A stretch of 64,000 bases of DNA, taken from Coniocarpon cinnabarinum. Taxonomy: Eukaryota. The DNA lies in contig JAVECO010000090.1 in assembly GCA_051942205.1 (NCBI GenBank), forward strand, positions 1-64,000, written 5' to 3'. This document shows positions 35,935 to 48,295 of the stretch, in pieces (within the stretch, counting starts at the first letter, position 1; the number at the start of each line of letters is the position of its first letter). A program made the position numbers and the translations under genes. The notes beneath the pieces are model-generated. The model was not told the origin of the DNA, made no database searches, and worked only from the letters and a program-made list of their open reading frames with translations.

Positions 35935-36469
35935 TGCTTTTCTTGGATAATGCTGCCATGATCGCCCTCGAGGCGGCTGCGCCACTGCCGCTAGCAGAAT
36001 TGCCGTCTCTCGTACGAGTATGTTATCGTGAAGAAGTTTAAAATCTCCACGGGCGGCTTGATCTTTGTTGGTGTTGGCATTGGTGTTAGTAAGTCGTTGG
36101 TGTTTTGTTTGCGGTCAGGTATCATTTCGTCTGACGGCGTGAGAAGCGGTTTCCTGTTTCGACGTGATTATGCAAGGGTCACTTTGAGCATAGGAGAGAG
36201 CATGCGTGGGGTTTCCGATGACTTGCGTCGGTAGGGTCTAGTATGAGGCCCTCTAAGTTTGGGGACTTGGCCTGAGTAAAGAGCCACGAAGGCAAAAGCA
36301 AGTGATGTTGGATTCGAGATGCACAAGGAGGCTGCTCACCTTGCGTCGCGGCGTTGGATTTGACATTCGTGTCTCGTAGATCTGACAGAGCAGCGCATAT
36401 CAACTCCACGATAGGGACTTCGCCCGGTTATGGGTACACCCTGCGATGAGAATTGATCCCTGCTTCTCT

Positions 36470-37811
36470 TTAGACCATCCAGCTCCTGATTTCCTCCACC
36501 AAGTCGTCCGGTCTTTCCTCAGGAATATAGTGACCCGCTTCCACAGCCCTGCAGCCCTTGACGTCCAGTTTTCCCTCTTCAACAACCTCTCCCCATTCCT
36601 TGACAGCATCATACAACTTCTCAATAACCCCATACTTGCCCCATAGCACCCTGGTTTCGCACCGTATTTTGCGTCCTTGCTCGCGATCACGCTTCTGTTC
36701 CTCGCAGTCCACCGTCGAGGCGGCCCTGTAGTCCTCACACATCGCATGCACGCCCTCCCGATTTCGGAACTGTGCTGCGTAGATTTTCCATGCCTCTGGG
36801 TCGAAGATGTCCCTTCCCCCACCCAGACGTGCAGCGCCCATCTGTTGCTCGGCGAATGTGTCAGGGGCGGAGATGATGGCCATCTCGGGAAATGGGCTTG
36901 GCTGAATGAGGAAGAACCAGTGCCAGTACGCCGTTGCAAAGGTGGAGGTGGTGGTGCTGTAATGAGCGAGCGTAGGGATAATGTCAAGAAGCAGGAGCTT
37001 CTCGACGGCAGCGGGGTGATGTGTTGCGAGCGCGTGAGCAGTGCGGGCGCCACCTTGTTTGGTGAGTTAGAGTGGAAAGTAGAGCGCTCGTATGGGCGCT
37101 TGCTTCTCCGTGGAAGAGATGGAGTAATGCAGGTGACGTTGGGACACTGTCATCAGGACGGAACAGTCGGGGCGTGACGTACGGTCGTGACCCACAAGGA
37201 AGAAGCGCTCAAAACCGAGATATTTCATGGCGGCCACCATGTCGGCTGCCATGGCACTCTTGGAGTATTGTGAATGGTCGGCCATATTTTCTTTCGGTGC
37301 CTGCGGTTTTGACGACCCGCCATAGCCACGAAGGTCGAGAGCCACAATAGTGTATTGTTTGGAAAGAGGCGTGGCTACTTTGTGCCAAATGTCTTTCGTC
37401 TCTTGAGCGACGGAGCAGTTAGTTCACTTGCATGCACAAAGGCAACACAGCCAGGGACCCCGAGCGGGGGAGATCATGAAGGCAAAGAGAATCACAGCTT
37501 GCTTAAAAGAACATGGTGAATTCAAAGAGATGAGAGTGAAAGAATTCTTCCATTGAGTGATGCAACTCTAACCGCCATTCTTCATCTTAACGTCGCAGAG
37601 AGAGCTTGGATGTGCCCGTACATACTCGCCTCGCAATAGCGGCTTTGTTTATTATGTAACGTTGTAGAGGTGAACGGAAGCTCTACGTACGAGGAAAGCC
37701 ATGCAAAAGTAGAAGGGGAGGGCCAGTGCCTCCTTTCACACCATGGATTGTAATCGACGGAGACACAGGAATGTCGATGCTGGTGAAATCGGACGAGAAT
37801 AGCATCGTCAT
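36470..37811 (-). CDS. Haloacetate/fluoroacetate dehalogenase-type alpha/beta hydrolase; 3 exons
   Basis: GPPLLLLHGFP|Q..IWHKVA, DLRGYGGS, YSKSAMAAD, GHDR|GAR, LLDIIPT, YWHWFFLIQP, MCEDYRA, LWG, GHYIPEE. Confidence 0.9.
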
Positions 37812-38261
37812 CGAAAGAACGTTGCAGTGCCAACAAATATACGACCTTCTCAGATTTTTTGACAAAGTGAGGCCTGTCAGCCACTGTGTTTGTGAGAGGC
37901 TTTGGGCGGACGTCATTGCTCAGCGCACGGGCCTCGGACGCTGGAGCACCGAGTAGATTGACTTTCGGGCTCGACTTTGCTGAAGCTCGATCGCGTCCGG
38001 GAAGGCAAATAGGCAGGTAGCGTCACGGCGCCTGTCGACCACTGGCACGCCAATGCACGTCGCTGTTCGGAGCTGGACTCAAAGTAAGCTTACCTATTGA
38101 CAAAGAGTTCACGGGAAAAGGTTACAGGGATCGGTCTGCCAACGTCGGTCCTGTAGAAAAGGCCAATGCAGATGGCCACCAATACGGTGAAAAGAAACTT
38201 TGGCAGGCGTCGCAAGTGCATCGAGCAGGGGGAGGCATGCCGCAAGTTGCGACTGCGAGCT

Positions 38262-39493
38262 TCAATTGCCGTCCACATCCATATTGCCATGAGAATGCCC
38301 ATTGAGCTGCGCGCCGTTCTGGCTATTCGCTTGCGTTCGCGAGTTCGGCGCTGAGGCTTCTTTGTCAACCATTTGCCGCGATACAGAGACGATGTTGTCT
38401 TCGATGAGCTGCTGTCCGACATCTTCGATATCTACCCCCATGTGTTAGGACGGCTCCGGAGTGCAGATGTAGCTGCGACTCACGTTTCTTTGGATCAACC
38501 CTTCCAACGTAGCGAGTCTTGAGTTGCTCTTTCGTCAGTTCATTTTCCTCCTTCACTCGCTTCTCATATCCTTCGGCGAGCGATACAAGCCGCTTCATGC
38601 GCTCGCCGTTGCGCTCGCCTTCTCCGTGGAAGTCCGCCATAGTCAAGGCTTCGGTCCAGACTTCCTTGTGAAGATTCATGAGCATGTTCTCTTCCAGATG
38701 CGTCTTCCGATAGTTGATCGCTATGCTGTAATAATGTCGGTTCAAACCGTGTATGAGAGCTTGTATTGAAGGTTTATTGAGATGGCCAATGTTTGAGGTA
38801 GTTTGCCGAGGCTCATGGCCCATCATTAAGGTCTGGGGGTTGATGAGTCGAAAAGCATCGATGACGACTTTTCCCTTGACGGATTGAATGGGATCCACAA
38901 CAACAGCAACAGCGCGAGGTGTCAGTTGTTCGAATGATTGTTGAGTGTTAATGTCAACAGACGAGAGCCAGCAACCGAATCCGGGATGTGAGTGATACCA
39001 GCCAACTACAGTTTCTTGCCTACGACTTGCGCATTAGCCACAACATCCTCGACACCGGGGATCAGCTTTAACAAACCGTCCAGTCTGCCGCAGCATGTCC
39101 ATCATTCTGGTTTGGAATACAGGGTCAACGGCTTCAACGCTGACACCCGTTCCACTTTGAGGCATAGCAAAAACGTCAACGACGCGCACGGTGTAGTCGT
39201 CGACAAATTCTCCAAGCATCAGACCCATTACCTCCATTGGGACACCAGCGCGCCCATGCCTCAGCATTTTCAGAAGCGCGAGTGATGAGATGTAAACGGT
39301 TTCTGAGTTGTCGACTAATGTAGTGTCCTTTGAAATGAAGTTGTCAGATTTCATATGCTCATCGGTTGATTGTGGCGTTGACCCAGGCCTCGGCGTTGCA
39401 TTGAAACGCTTGACCTGCACTCACCTGTTGGAGGCCTCCCATGCCACCTCCTCCCTGCAGCATACCCCTTAATCGATCTGGTAAGCGATCCAT
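38262..39493 (-). CDS. RPN11: 26S proteasome lid deubiquitinase (JAMM); 4 exons
   Basis: [82 protein letters not shown]. Confidence 0.97.
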
Positions 39494-40530
39494 GATGTGA
39501 AAGCGGCTAAAGAAGCTCGGATGAGCAAGATGATGCGGCGTCAGTGAACTTGGACCGTGTCGGATGGTAGTTGTTTTCTAATTGTCTCGCTTCTGAGGCA
39601 CGGTATTCAAGCAAGCAGGCGAAAGTCTTTGAACTCAAATGATATCAGATAGCTTTTGCAAGTCGTAAAGTGGCAGTGTGTAATGCAACAGTGACGACCG
39701 TGATTGATCGGGGAAGTTCTCTAATGAAGACGCCTGGCTAGCAAATCGACTAGACCATCAAGAAGTTGCAAGCACGTGCAAGTTTGTGAGCCAAAGCAGC
39801 GTAGCGCGCCAGAGCCTGTAGACTTACGCAATGAGAGTGTCACATATTTTCACAGGTGCTCGTTTCACAAGGCTTAGGGTGAGCGCAGGCCATGCGCATT
39901 TGGTACACTTCTCAACCTGCCACACCTTGTCCCGACAGCACGATCACACTCACAGTAATCACAGTAGCTATATCTATTCTTCGCGGGCACTCTCAACGTC
40001 CTCTGATACACTTGCTGACATCCTGACTGAGGTCTCACTTCCGCCGGCTACCCGCTCGAGCGCACCCTCGGCTGCGTATACCTCGAAAGGTTGACACTCC
40101 ATACAAACCTCTGCGCAATCGCTCCCCAGGCTCGTCGCAAGTTCAGTGCTCGGTCGCTCACAGATTCCCTCCTACACATAACCTCCAAGTGGATCTCTGT
40201 TTGTGCACAACCAAGCCAGCGCATTCACCCAAAGCATTGGTCAAGGTTGAGTAGAGCTGTTTCAACAGCCACTTAGCCTACTGGCTAGCTTCGGACACAA
40301 GCCCAATGTGCAAAAGACGCAGAACTTCAGACTTCCCCAGTACTACCTCACCGCAGACTTCGACAAGCATTGATACCGGACCGGAACCGCCTCTACGTGC
40401 TTGGTCTTCGCGGACGCGACTTTAATTGTGAACTTTGAAAAATACATTTACACAATCGCCTTTCGAGGGTTTTTGGCTGAATACAATTCTTGTCGCTCTG
40501 TGACCGGGATAATAGTTGACAATCTTGACA

Positions 40531-42579
40531 ATGTATGGGCAGGGGCATCAGCAGGGTCATGGCGTTTACTTAAACGGTGGTCATTCTCAGTCCCGATACG
40601 GCGGCTTGCCACTGAACTCGAAGCCATTTCAAAACTCTGGACAACATTCTGCTCAAGGCCACCGCGCTCAGCAAGATCACAATGGACAGCATTCAACGTT
40701 CGTAAATCACCAACATAATTCATCCACGCCAGGCTTCTCGGCGACTACCCCCCACTTTCATGGAAATCAACTTCGCAACGGCACTCCAAGCCATTTGACC
40801 AACGGCAACACTGGTCGAGCGCCCACCGAGCATTGGAATAGGCAACTCGAAGCGTACACACAGTCGAGGGAAGCTCATGGTGGTCACTATCATGCACGCA
40901 CGGCCAATGTTAGTAAGGGGACGTCAATCGGCGTCATAGAGAATGGCAAGAAGGACGCAGACAAGGTTCAGGAAGAACGCCATCGTGTCAGCAACGCAGC
41001 ATTGGATATGTTACAACAGTGGAGCGAGCTCGACATGGGTGGACAAGGCCTACGAGCATTGGCGCCACAACTTTTCACCTATCCGTTCCTAACTGCCTTG
41101 CATCTCAATGGGAACAGTCTGACAATTCTGCCGCCGGCAATTAGGAGACTACGCAAGCTGCAACATCTCGATCTCTCTGGTAACCAGCTCCACGAACTGC
41201 CACCCGAGCTGGGCATGCTCGTTGACTTGAAAACGCTCCTCTTATTTGACAATCGCCTGGAAGAATTACCACTGGAGCTTGGATACTTATACCAGCTCGA
41301 TATGTTAGGCATCGAGGGGAACCCGATTGAAAGCAGCATTAGGACCATTATGATGGAGCATGGCACCAAGGCTCTGATAGCGGAACTGCGAGAGCACACA
41401 CAGGCGCCAGCCATCGAGGATCGTGAAACGTGCATTATCAGCGAAGTGAAAGCCAAGAATGATGCTTTCCCTGCTGACACCTTGACGGTCATGTCCTATA
41501 ACATTCTCTGCGACAAAATGGCAACCCGGAACCTTTACGGCTATTCACCTCAAGTGGCACTGGATTGGGAGCATCGCAGACAACTAATCTTGGATGAGCT
41601 CGAAGCGCGGGAGCCGGATGTTTTGAATCTGCAAGAAGTCGATACCGAGAGTTTTCACGAGTATTTCAGGCCACAGCTCGCCATCAAAGACTATCGTGGT
41701 GTCTTCTGGCCCAAACAAAAATCGAAGACGATGCGAGAGGAAGAGTCCAAGGCCGTGGACGGTTGTGCTATTTTCTACAAGCACACCAAGTTCGTCTGTT
41801 TAGACAAGTGCTTGATTGACCTCGTCAGCTCTGCTATTAGTCGACCAGACATGAAGGGTGAACAAGACATCTTCAACCGTTACATGCCCAAGGACAACAT
41901 TGCAGTAGCTGCTTTTCTTGAGGATCGTCAAAGTGGCGCACGGGTCATCATGGTCAATGCGCATCTTCATTGGGATCCCGCTTTTGCAGACGTGAAAATC
42001 ATACAAACGGCTGTCCTGATGGATGAAGTGTCCAAGCTGGCAGAGCGATGGTCGAAGATGCCGGCATGTCACGACAAGCAATTGTTTGCTCACCACAGGG
42101 CCGAAGGGGAAGCCCCCGACCAGTCAGCGCCGCCCGGCCCTTCTCACGAATATTCAAACGGGCCATCGGTGCCCCTCATTGTCTGCGGCGACTACAACTC
42201 GACACCGGGATCTGGCGTTCACGAATTGCTCAATACTGGCTCATTACCTCCCCGTCATCCGGAGCTCAAGAACTACCACTATGGCAACTTCACCAAGCAG
42301 GGCATGGCCCACCCGTTCCAGCTCAAGTCGGCGTACGGCAGTATTGGAGAGCTTAAATTTACCAACTACACGCCCGGATTCGTTGGTGTCGTGGACTATG
42401 TTTGGTATGCAACTCAATATTTCCAGGTCCTGGAGTTGCTGGGTGACATCGACGAAGAATACTTGAAGCGAGTGCCGGGCTTCCCTAATGTGCACTTTCC
42501 CAGCGACCACATTGCACTCTACGCGAAGTTTGCCATCAAGCAACGGAAGGATCGGCAAAAGCCCGTGGATGCCGAGTAA
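40531..42579 (+). CDS. CCR4: CCR4-NOT deadenylase (LRR + EEP nuclease); 5' end uncertain
   Basis: LRR block (LDMGGQGLRAL..LDLSGNQL..LGIEGNP), SYNILCD, LQEVD, DGCAIF, NAHLHWDP, CGDYNS, FTNYTPGF..DYVW, FPSDH. Confidence 0.96.
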   Translation: MYGQGHQQGHGVYLNGGHSQSRYGGLPLNSKPFQNSGQHSAQGHRAQQDHNGQHSTFVNHQHNSSTPGFSATTPHFHGNQLRNGTPSHLTNGNTGRAPTEHWNRQLEAYTQSREAHGGHYHARTANVSKGTSIGVIENGKKDADKVQEERHRVSNAALDMLQQWSELDMGGQGLRALAPQLFTYPFLTALHLNGNSLTILPPAIRRLRKLQHLDLSGNQLHELPPELGMLVDLKTLLLFDNRLEELPLELGYLYQLDMLGIEGNPIESSIRTIMMEHGTKALIAELREHTQAPAIEDRETCIISEVKAKNDAFPADTLTVMSYNILCDKMATRNLYGYSPQVALDWEHRRQLILDELEAREPDVLNLQEVDTESFHEYFRPQLAIKDYRGVFWPKQKSKTMREEESKAVDGCAIFYKHTKFVCLDKCLIDLVSSAISRPDMKGEQDIFNRYMPKDNIAVAAFLEDRQSGARVIMVNAHLHWDPAFADVKIIQTAVLMDEVSKLAERWSKMPACHDKQLFAHHRAEGEAPDQSAPPGPSHEYSNGPSVPLIVCGDYNSTPGSGVHELLNTGSLPPRHPELKNYHYGNFTKQGMAHPFQLKSAYGSIGELKFTNYTPGFVGVVDYVWYATQYFQVLELLGDIDEEYLKRVPGFPNVHFPSDHIALYAKFAIKQRKDRQKPVDAE

Positions 42580-45500
42580 CGAATCTGGTGGTAGGTAGCT
42601 CTTGGGCTGAGAAGGAAGCATGTATCTCATGAGCTTTGTAAAAGATTCAGCAGATGGGTGTTGGCAAGGTGTTTAATATCTATGCGGACGATGTGCAACG
42701 GCGTTTCCAACAGACAACATGGACTTTGCCAAGACCAGGGAGATGGAGGGCCTGGGCTGCGGTTTCCACTGGAGTCGTCGACGATGGATAGACAGCTGGA
42801 GCAACGAGAGGCCGCTGCGTGATTCGTTTTGGCAGTGATTGGTTTATGGCCTTTTTTTGTAGAAAGACACAGGTATCAGCTAGACCAAGCAGGTGCGCAT
42901 TGCACGCTGGACAAGAGAGCGTTCTTCAGGGTCTTGCATCGTGCCAACAGCCTGCTTGTGGTGCCTTGCATGCACAGCACGTGCGCCGTCGCCCTCATTC
43001 GGTGGTGGTGCGATGCAGTTGCGGAAGAGCCGGATCGATCGTCCCCAAGCCACACCTTTCACATCGTCCATCCTTGACGAACTCATAGCTTGGCTCGCGC
43101 TTATCGTTGAATTTGCGGTACGTGCACTCCCACGCAGTCGCCGTGCACATGATCGACCTTGCTTCCATACAAGGTCGCATGTATCCAATGCCATGAGCGC
43201 GACGCACCGTCTGCCGCATTCACGTGGCGCCACGCCGAACCCATATACGCCCTTGCACGTGTTTCGAATAGATATTGACGTCAGCTTCATGGGTCCTTGC
43301 GGCCATCATTACCGAGTGTTTTGAAGAGCCTGAGCCAGAGTCTTGACGCCAAGAATTCTGTTGCCGCCAAGCACTTGCCTTTGCGTACTGAGTGCCTCGT
43401 GGTCACTCTGCCAAAGACGACCCATGCGCTCGTCCTTTTTGTCACACCTTGGGGCCGGTCATCGTTCCAGTCTTCATCGTTCTTGTCTGTCATGCATCGC
43501 CACGGAGACTTGTCATCGTTGTGGCCTATCCCCGTGTCAGCGGGCACGTAACGGAGCTAGAGTGGCCGGAGGTAGGCCTCGTTGCGTATAGACAGGCGTC
43601 TCATCTGACGGGGGTCTGGCGTAAAGGCTTTCAGCATCACGAGCGGAGCTTGCCATCAACGAGACCCTTGCGAGCAGGTTCGCGAATGACACCAAGGGCA
43701 AAGCTTCTGCCTAATATGCGCAAAACATGCACGCGGGCTTCGCGAGTGATGACGGAAACGTGTTCTACCGCTTCAAGCAAAAGACGCGGTGGCAAAGCTG
43801 GAGAATACTTGCAACGTGCAAGTCCTCAGTCGCAATGCTGAGTAATACTGACTAGCAGGCTCCCGGCCTTTCCGATTCAGTCTATATGAGGACACAGCCC
43901 CGGTGAGAGGAGGCAGCGATAGACTGATCGATGCAGCGGAGCCACCCACACATCGTCGACACAGATGGCCGGACAGTCAAGTCTGTGAGGGCCGGAGTGG
44001 AGGAACAAAAGAGTCACCGAGGCTGGGACGCCAAACCCAATCTGGCGAAGCTCTGAAGGCACCTACCACGGAGGCACGCAGGGACCGACTCTATCGTACG
44101 CGAGACCCGTACGCAAGCTGGACAGGACGAAAATTGTGATTCTGGAAAATGCATGGAACGAAACTATCTAAGCGCAAGCGGTATGGGCTGGGAGGTACGC
44201 CATTCGGAGATGGAGACGACGCGAGCACGTCGATGCTCGTGCGATAGATGCGAGATGAACAGTCGAGCGCTGACAGCGTAAGCCATCAGTCAGACAGGCT
44301 CGACGCTTAGCGAGCAGCACGCCAGCCGACTCGCAGGTTCAGTTCTGCGTCTTGTTTGATCAGAGGCACGCCGGGGAGGAGCCTCGACGCATTGCATCGC
44401 TCATGGCGACAGGCACGGCGAGGGCAGAACGAGTGCAGCATGCAGAGAATAGCTACCTACACAGGCGTGACAGGGTGCATCCATCGTACGGTACGGAGTA
44501 CGCAGGCTACCTAGGTAGGTACCTGCCTACGAGCCTACCCAGGGTATTTATCGAGCGATGACGACATTGGGCGCGACACGAGCCACCTGCCGAGCTCGGA
44601 CCACCACACTGAACTTTGTTATAGTGCACGGACCTCGCCCACCGCGGCTTCTAGTGTCTCCTACTCTCCTCCGGACTCGTCGCTCGTCTCTGCGTTTGTT
44701 GCGCTCCACGGCTGCTAGTTGCTATCGAGCTTCTTCAACTCCTACCTCCGACTCGGCTCGGTTGTGGCGGCCTGCGCGCGGTACACCCTGACTGCAGCAT
44801 GCGCGCCCGTACCCTATCTCCATCGTGTCTGTATGGACCCTTCCACGCTGCGCTCCCAGGAAAACCCAGGAATAGCGACTCCAATTCTCACCATCCTCCC
44901 CCCGGTTCTCTCTAGTCGCTGCTCCAGCAGCACACGCAGCCACCACTCTGCCGTAGCCTCGCTCCTCGTTCTTTTCTTTCCATTTCTCTTTCCCCCTTTG
45001 ACACATCACCCATCACCCAGCATCCGCGCGCCGTCATGCTCCTCCCAACGCTTGCACAACCGCGCTCTCAAATCGTCAGACCCGCTAGCATAATCCTTCC
45101 CTCCCATGTCCCCCTCCGACACCGACGCCCTTTCAGACCTCCCTTCTGGACCATCTCCATGCTTCTGCACTGCTCGCTCGATCTGGATTCCGTCACGGCG
45201 ATCCCGCCGCGCGACCACCCTTCGAGCCTCTTCTCTACTTGGCACACCAATGCACCTGCGATGCATCCTGTAATTGATGGCTCAGCGCAAGTGCTTATTA
45301 AATCGGCACCAGCTCACGTCGTTTTCATTCCTTGCTATAAGCCTGCAACTGTTCCAGCTTAGCTGTGGCTGCTGCCTGTCTGCTGTCCTTCCCTCCTACC
45401 TATTGTCTGTGCAGTTCGCCACCAGCTAGCTGGCTCCCTGATTGATTGCGAATTTGGTACATGAGCCGTCTTGGGCAGTCTTCCCGTGATAGACAACTTC

Positions 45501-45648
45501 TCTTAATACTATTTGTCCTCATCGTTCCTTCGGGAAGGCTCCAGTCCGTTGTCGATCTATCTACTTAACTGGCAATCCATACTCTTCTACCACACGACAC
45601 GTCCTTTGCTTGGCTCATCTCGTCACTGCACCTGTCCAACTCTCCGCT

Positions 45649-46789
45649 ATGCCGCCAAGAACATCCCTGTCTTCAGCAGCTGGCTCCTCTGCCGGCGCTT
45701 TGGGCGACCTTTCACCACAGGAGAGCGAAGCGAGGAAACGCGTCACGAAAGCTTGTGATCGTTGCCGGCTCAAGAAGATCAAGGCATGACCGCTCCGTCG
45801 TCTCCGCAATCATTTGACTACAGTGACTGACGGAATCCAGTGTGACGGACAGCTCCCATGCACAAGATGCTCCAGTGAAAATTCTATATGCCGCTTTGGT
45901 GAGCGCAAGGCCACTACCGAGCGGCGGATACCCCCGGGGTAAGTTGGTGGAGATGTGAGTGCATGCACGGCGCTAATGCTGACTGGCCCCGCTCAGTTAT
46001 GTGGAGTATCTTGAAGAGCAGCAACAGCTGCTGGTGAAAGGCCTCAAAAAGAGCTACTCATTAACAGAAGCGTCGCCAGGTGCATTGGGGGATGACCCAC
46101 CAGTGCACGCCATCCTCGAGGACCTCAACATTTTCTCTGAATTCCCCCCACGTCGTCAACGTGAGTCGGCTTTCCAGTTTGAAGAAGACCTTGACCTTCT
46201 CCGAGAGAAATGTGAAGCGGACCTTGCTACGGGCTCTTCAGCATCAACCACTACTTCACAAATTGTTTCCACCGAGCCGACACCTTCACGCTTGTCAGAA
46301 GAGCGTGAAGTATCTCCTGAAATCGCCTTTGGATCGAGTCGGGCCCAGACGTGGTCGCCTTCGCATCACTTCCAACCCATGTTTGCTGAAGCGTCCGGCA
46401 GGCCGCGCCAGTCATCGCCCTCTATCTCTTCAGGGCAGGGACCGTTTCTGCCTCAGACTGCTAGTGCCCCGCCTTCAATCTACGAAACGTCTGGTGCAGA
46501 ATATTACCCGGGACCTGGGTGGCAGCAGCCGCCCCTGGCTCAAGTGCAGAGCGAACCAACCCCAGGGCCCACGTACTATTGGACGTCGGCTCAACACCAA
46601 TCACAGCACCCGCCGCACCATCACCATTTCCAAAGACAGCAATGGCAACCGAGTCAAACACAAGCGGAACAGCAATTCGGCACCGTCGATCCGGCTGTTC
46701 TCATGCAGCCGTCAACCAGTGAGGTCTATCTGCAGACCGCAGAAGCGTGGGCGGAGTATTTGCGCGAACAACAGCGCCGGCAACGGTAA
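45649..46789 (+). CDS. Zn(II)2Cys6 transcription factor, Fcr1-like; exons 45649-45783, 45841-45938, 45997-46789
   Basis: RKRVTKACDRCRLKKIK|CDGQLPCTRCSSENSICRFGERK...PG|YVEYLEEQQQLLVKGL...PPVHAILEDL; intron 1 is GC-AG. Confidence 0.88.
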
Positions 46790-48295
46790 GACAGTTTCAT
46801 GTTGCTTAGTACTTGAATCGTTTGTGTACAGCTCTCCATTTGCCAGTGCGGGTTGCGAAACCACTGAATACCAATTGGTAAAGCACTGTTGGCAGCGTGG
46901 GTCTTAGGGGATGTAGACATCTAGCGCCAGGCGCGTTACAACGCAGTCATTTATCGCACCAATTTGCTCCTTTCTCCAATTTTTCATCACCGTGTCTTCG
47001 TTCATTCTGTGCTGCACGTTTTCCAAGCTAACATACGCACTGATGCTGTGCACGCAGCATTGCTGCAGGTCATGTTCAAACTTGCCAATCCACATTTATA
47101 AGTCCCTCACCACGCAAATTGGGCACCGGCGCTTGAAATTACGGTACGCGGCCATTGACAAAATGCATTCATCTCATTTCCAGAACGGGCGTCAACCCGA
47201 GATTGCACAACCCCATCTCGAGCAACCTAAACGGCATGCATTTGCAGCTTCAGGTGTCTCCGAAGCAGCGTCTGCATGGAGCACTCACCGCCACAAGCAA
47301 CCGGAGTGTGCGGAAGCATTTCTTCTAGGCGCATTGGCCAGAGACGTAATCTGCGCAGATACGCGAATAGCAATCGCCCCGGTCGCTCACTTGCCATGGT
47401 TGTGACGTGGCGAGTGCACTGACGGGGCAAGTGATCAGCCGTGGTGCTTGATGGTCGAACAGCCATGAAATCCTCGTCGATGAACACGTGCCCAGTCTTG
47501 ACCGCAGCTTCGACCGGCCCTGTGAAGAAAGCGACGTGTGCATTTTGGCGTTGAGCGTTTCAGATGGAGCCAACATGGCGGACCGTTAGCGCCCAAGCAA
47601 TAGAGGTCGGGTCTAGTAGGTGTCGTCGGAAGCGTCGGGAGGGGCCAAGTGACCCCCCCTGGCGGTGCTGCGGAGAAGTCGTCCCCCCGACTGCTGGCGC
47701 TCGGGATGGACAGGCTCTCCCTAAGCGATTGGCGCTTAGACACTTTGATCGGATCAGGATGCGTGAGGTGCCGGCAGTAGGGTTGGGATTCGCCCAATTC
47801 CGGGTGCTCGTGCTCGTGCCCATGCCGTTTCGCCACATGGCCATTGGTAGACTACTGCGGAACTACCGGACAGTCACTCGTGCTCGAGACCAGCACGTCC
47901 GGCGCAACTATCGCTACGAGCATGGCCTGGCACATGCTCCTCTCGTCCCCCTCGGCGGCAGACCACACACCCACAGGCGTGCAGTGAGGTTGAAGCTAGC
48001 TTCCTCGAGCACGCGCATCGGGACTTGCCGCATCGGGCACCCTGCGGATTGGCGGAGGATCGAGTAAAAACAGACTAGGTAGGTGATGGGCGGCCAGTGT
48101 GGCGCTACTTCCAGATCTCCCGAGTCGCCGAGGCCTGCGTGGGGCTAGCGTCATGCCCCCCGTACACACGGACGGCCGTTTCTTGCTATTTCAAAATCCC
48201 ATCTTTGCTGTTGGCCGCTGTTTTCGTCCACCGTGTCCCCCAAGCTTGCCTATTCTTCATCCATCCTCCACGCCAACCCAGCCCCCGGCCGAGTC

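Noticed and set aside
37403..37690. snoRNA or TPP riboswitch in the long first intron of the dehalogenase gene
   Set aside because: No C/D box pair or TPP aptamer core seen by eye; would need a covariance-model scan.
39494..40300. Rpn4/PACE element upstream of RPN11
   Set aside because: Only partial GTGGCA matches; no GGTGGCAAA.
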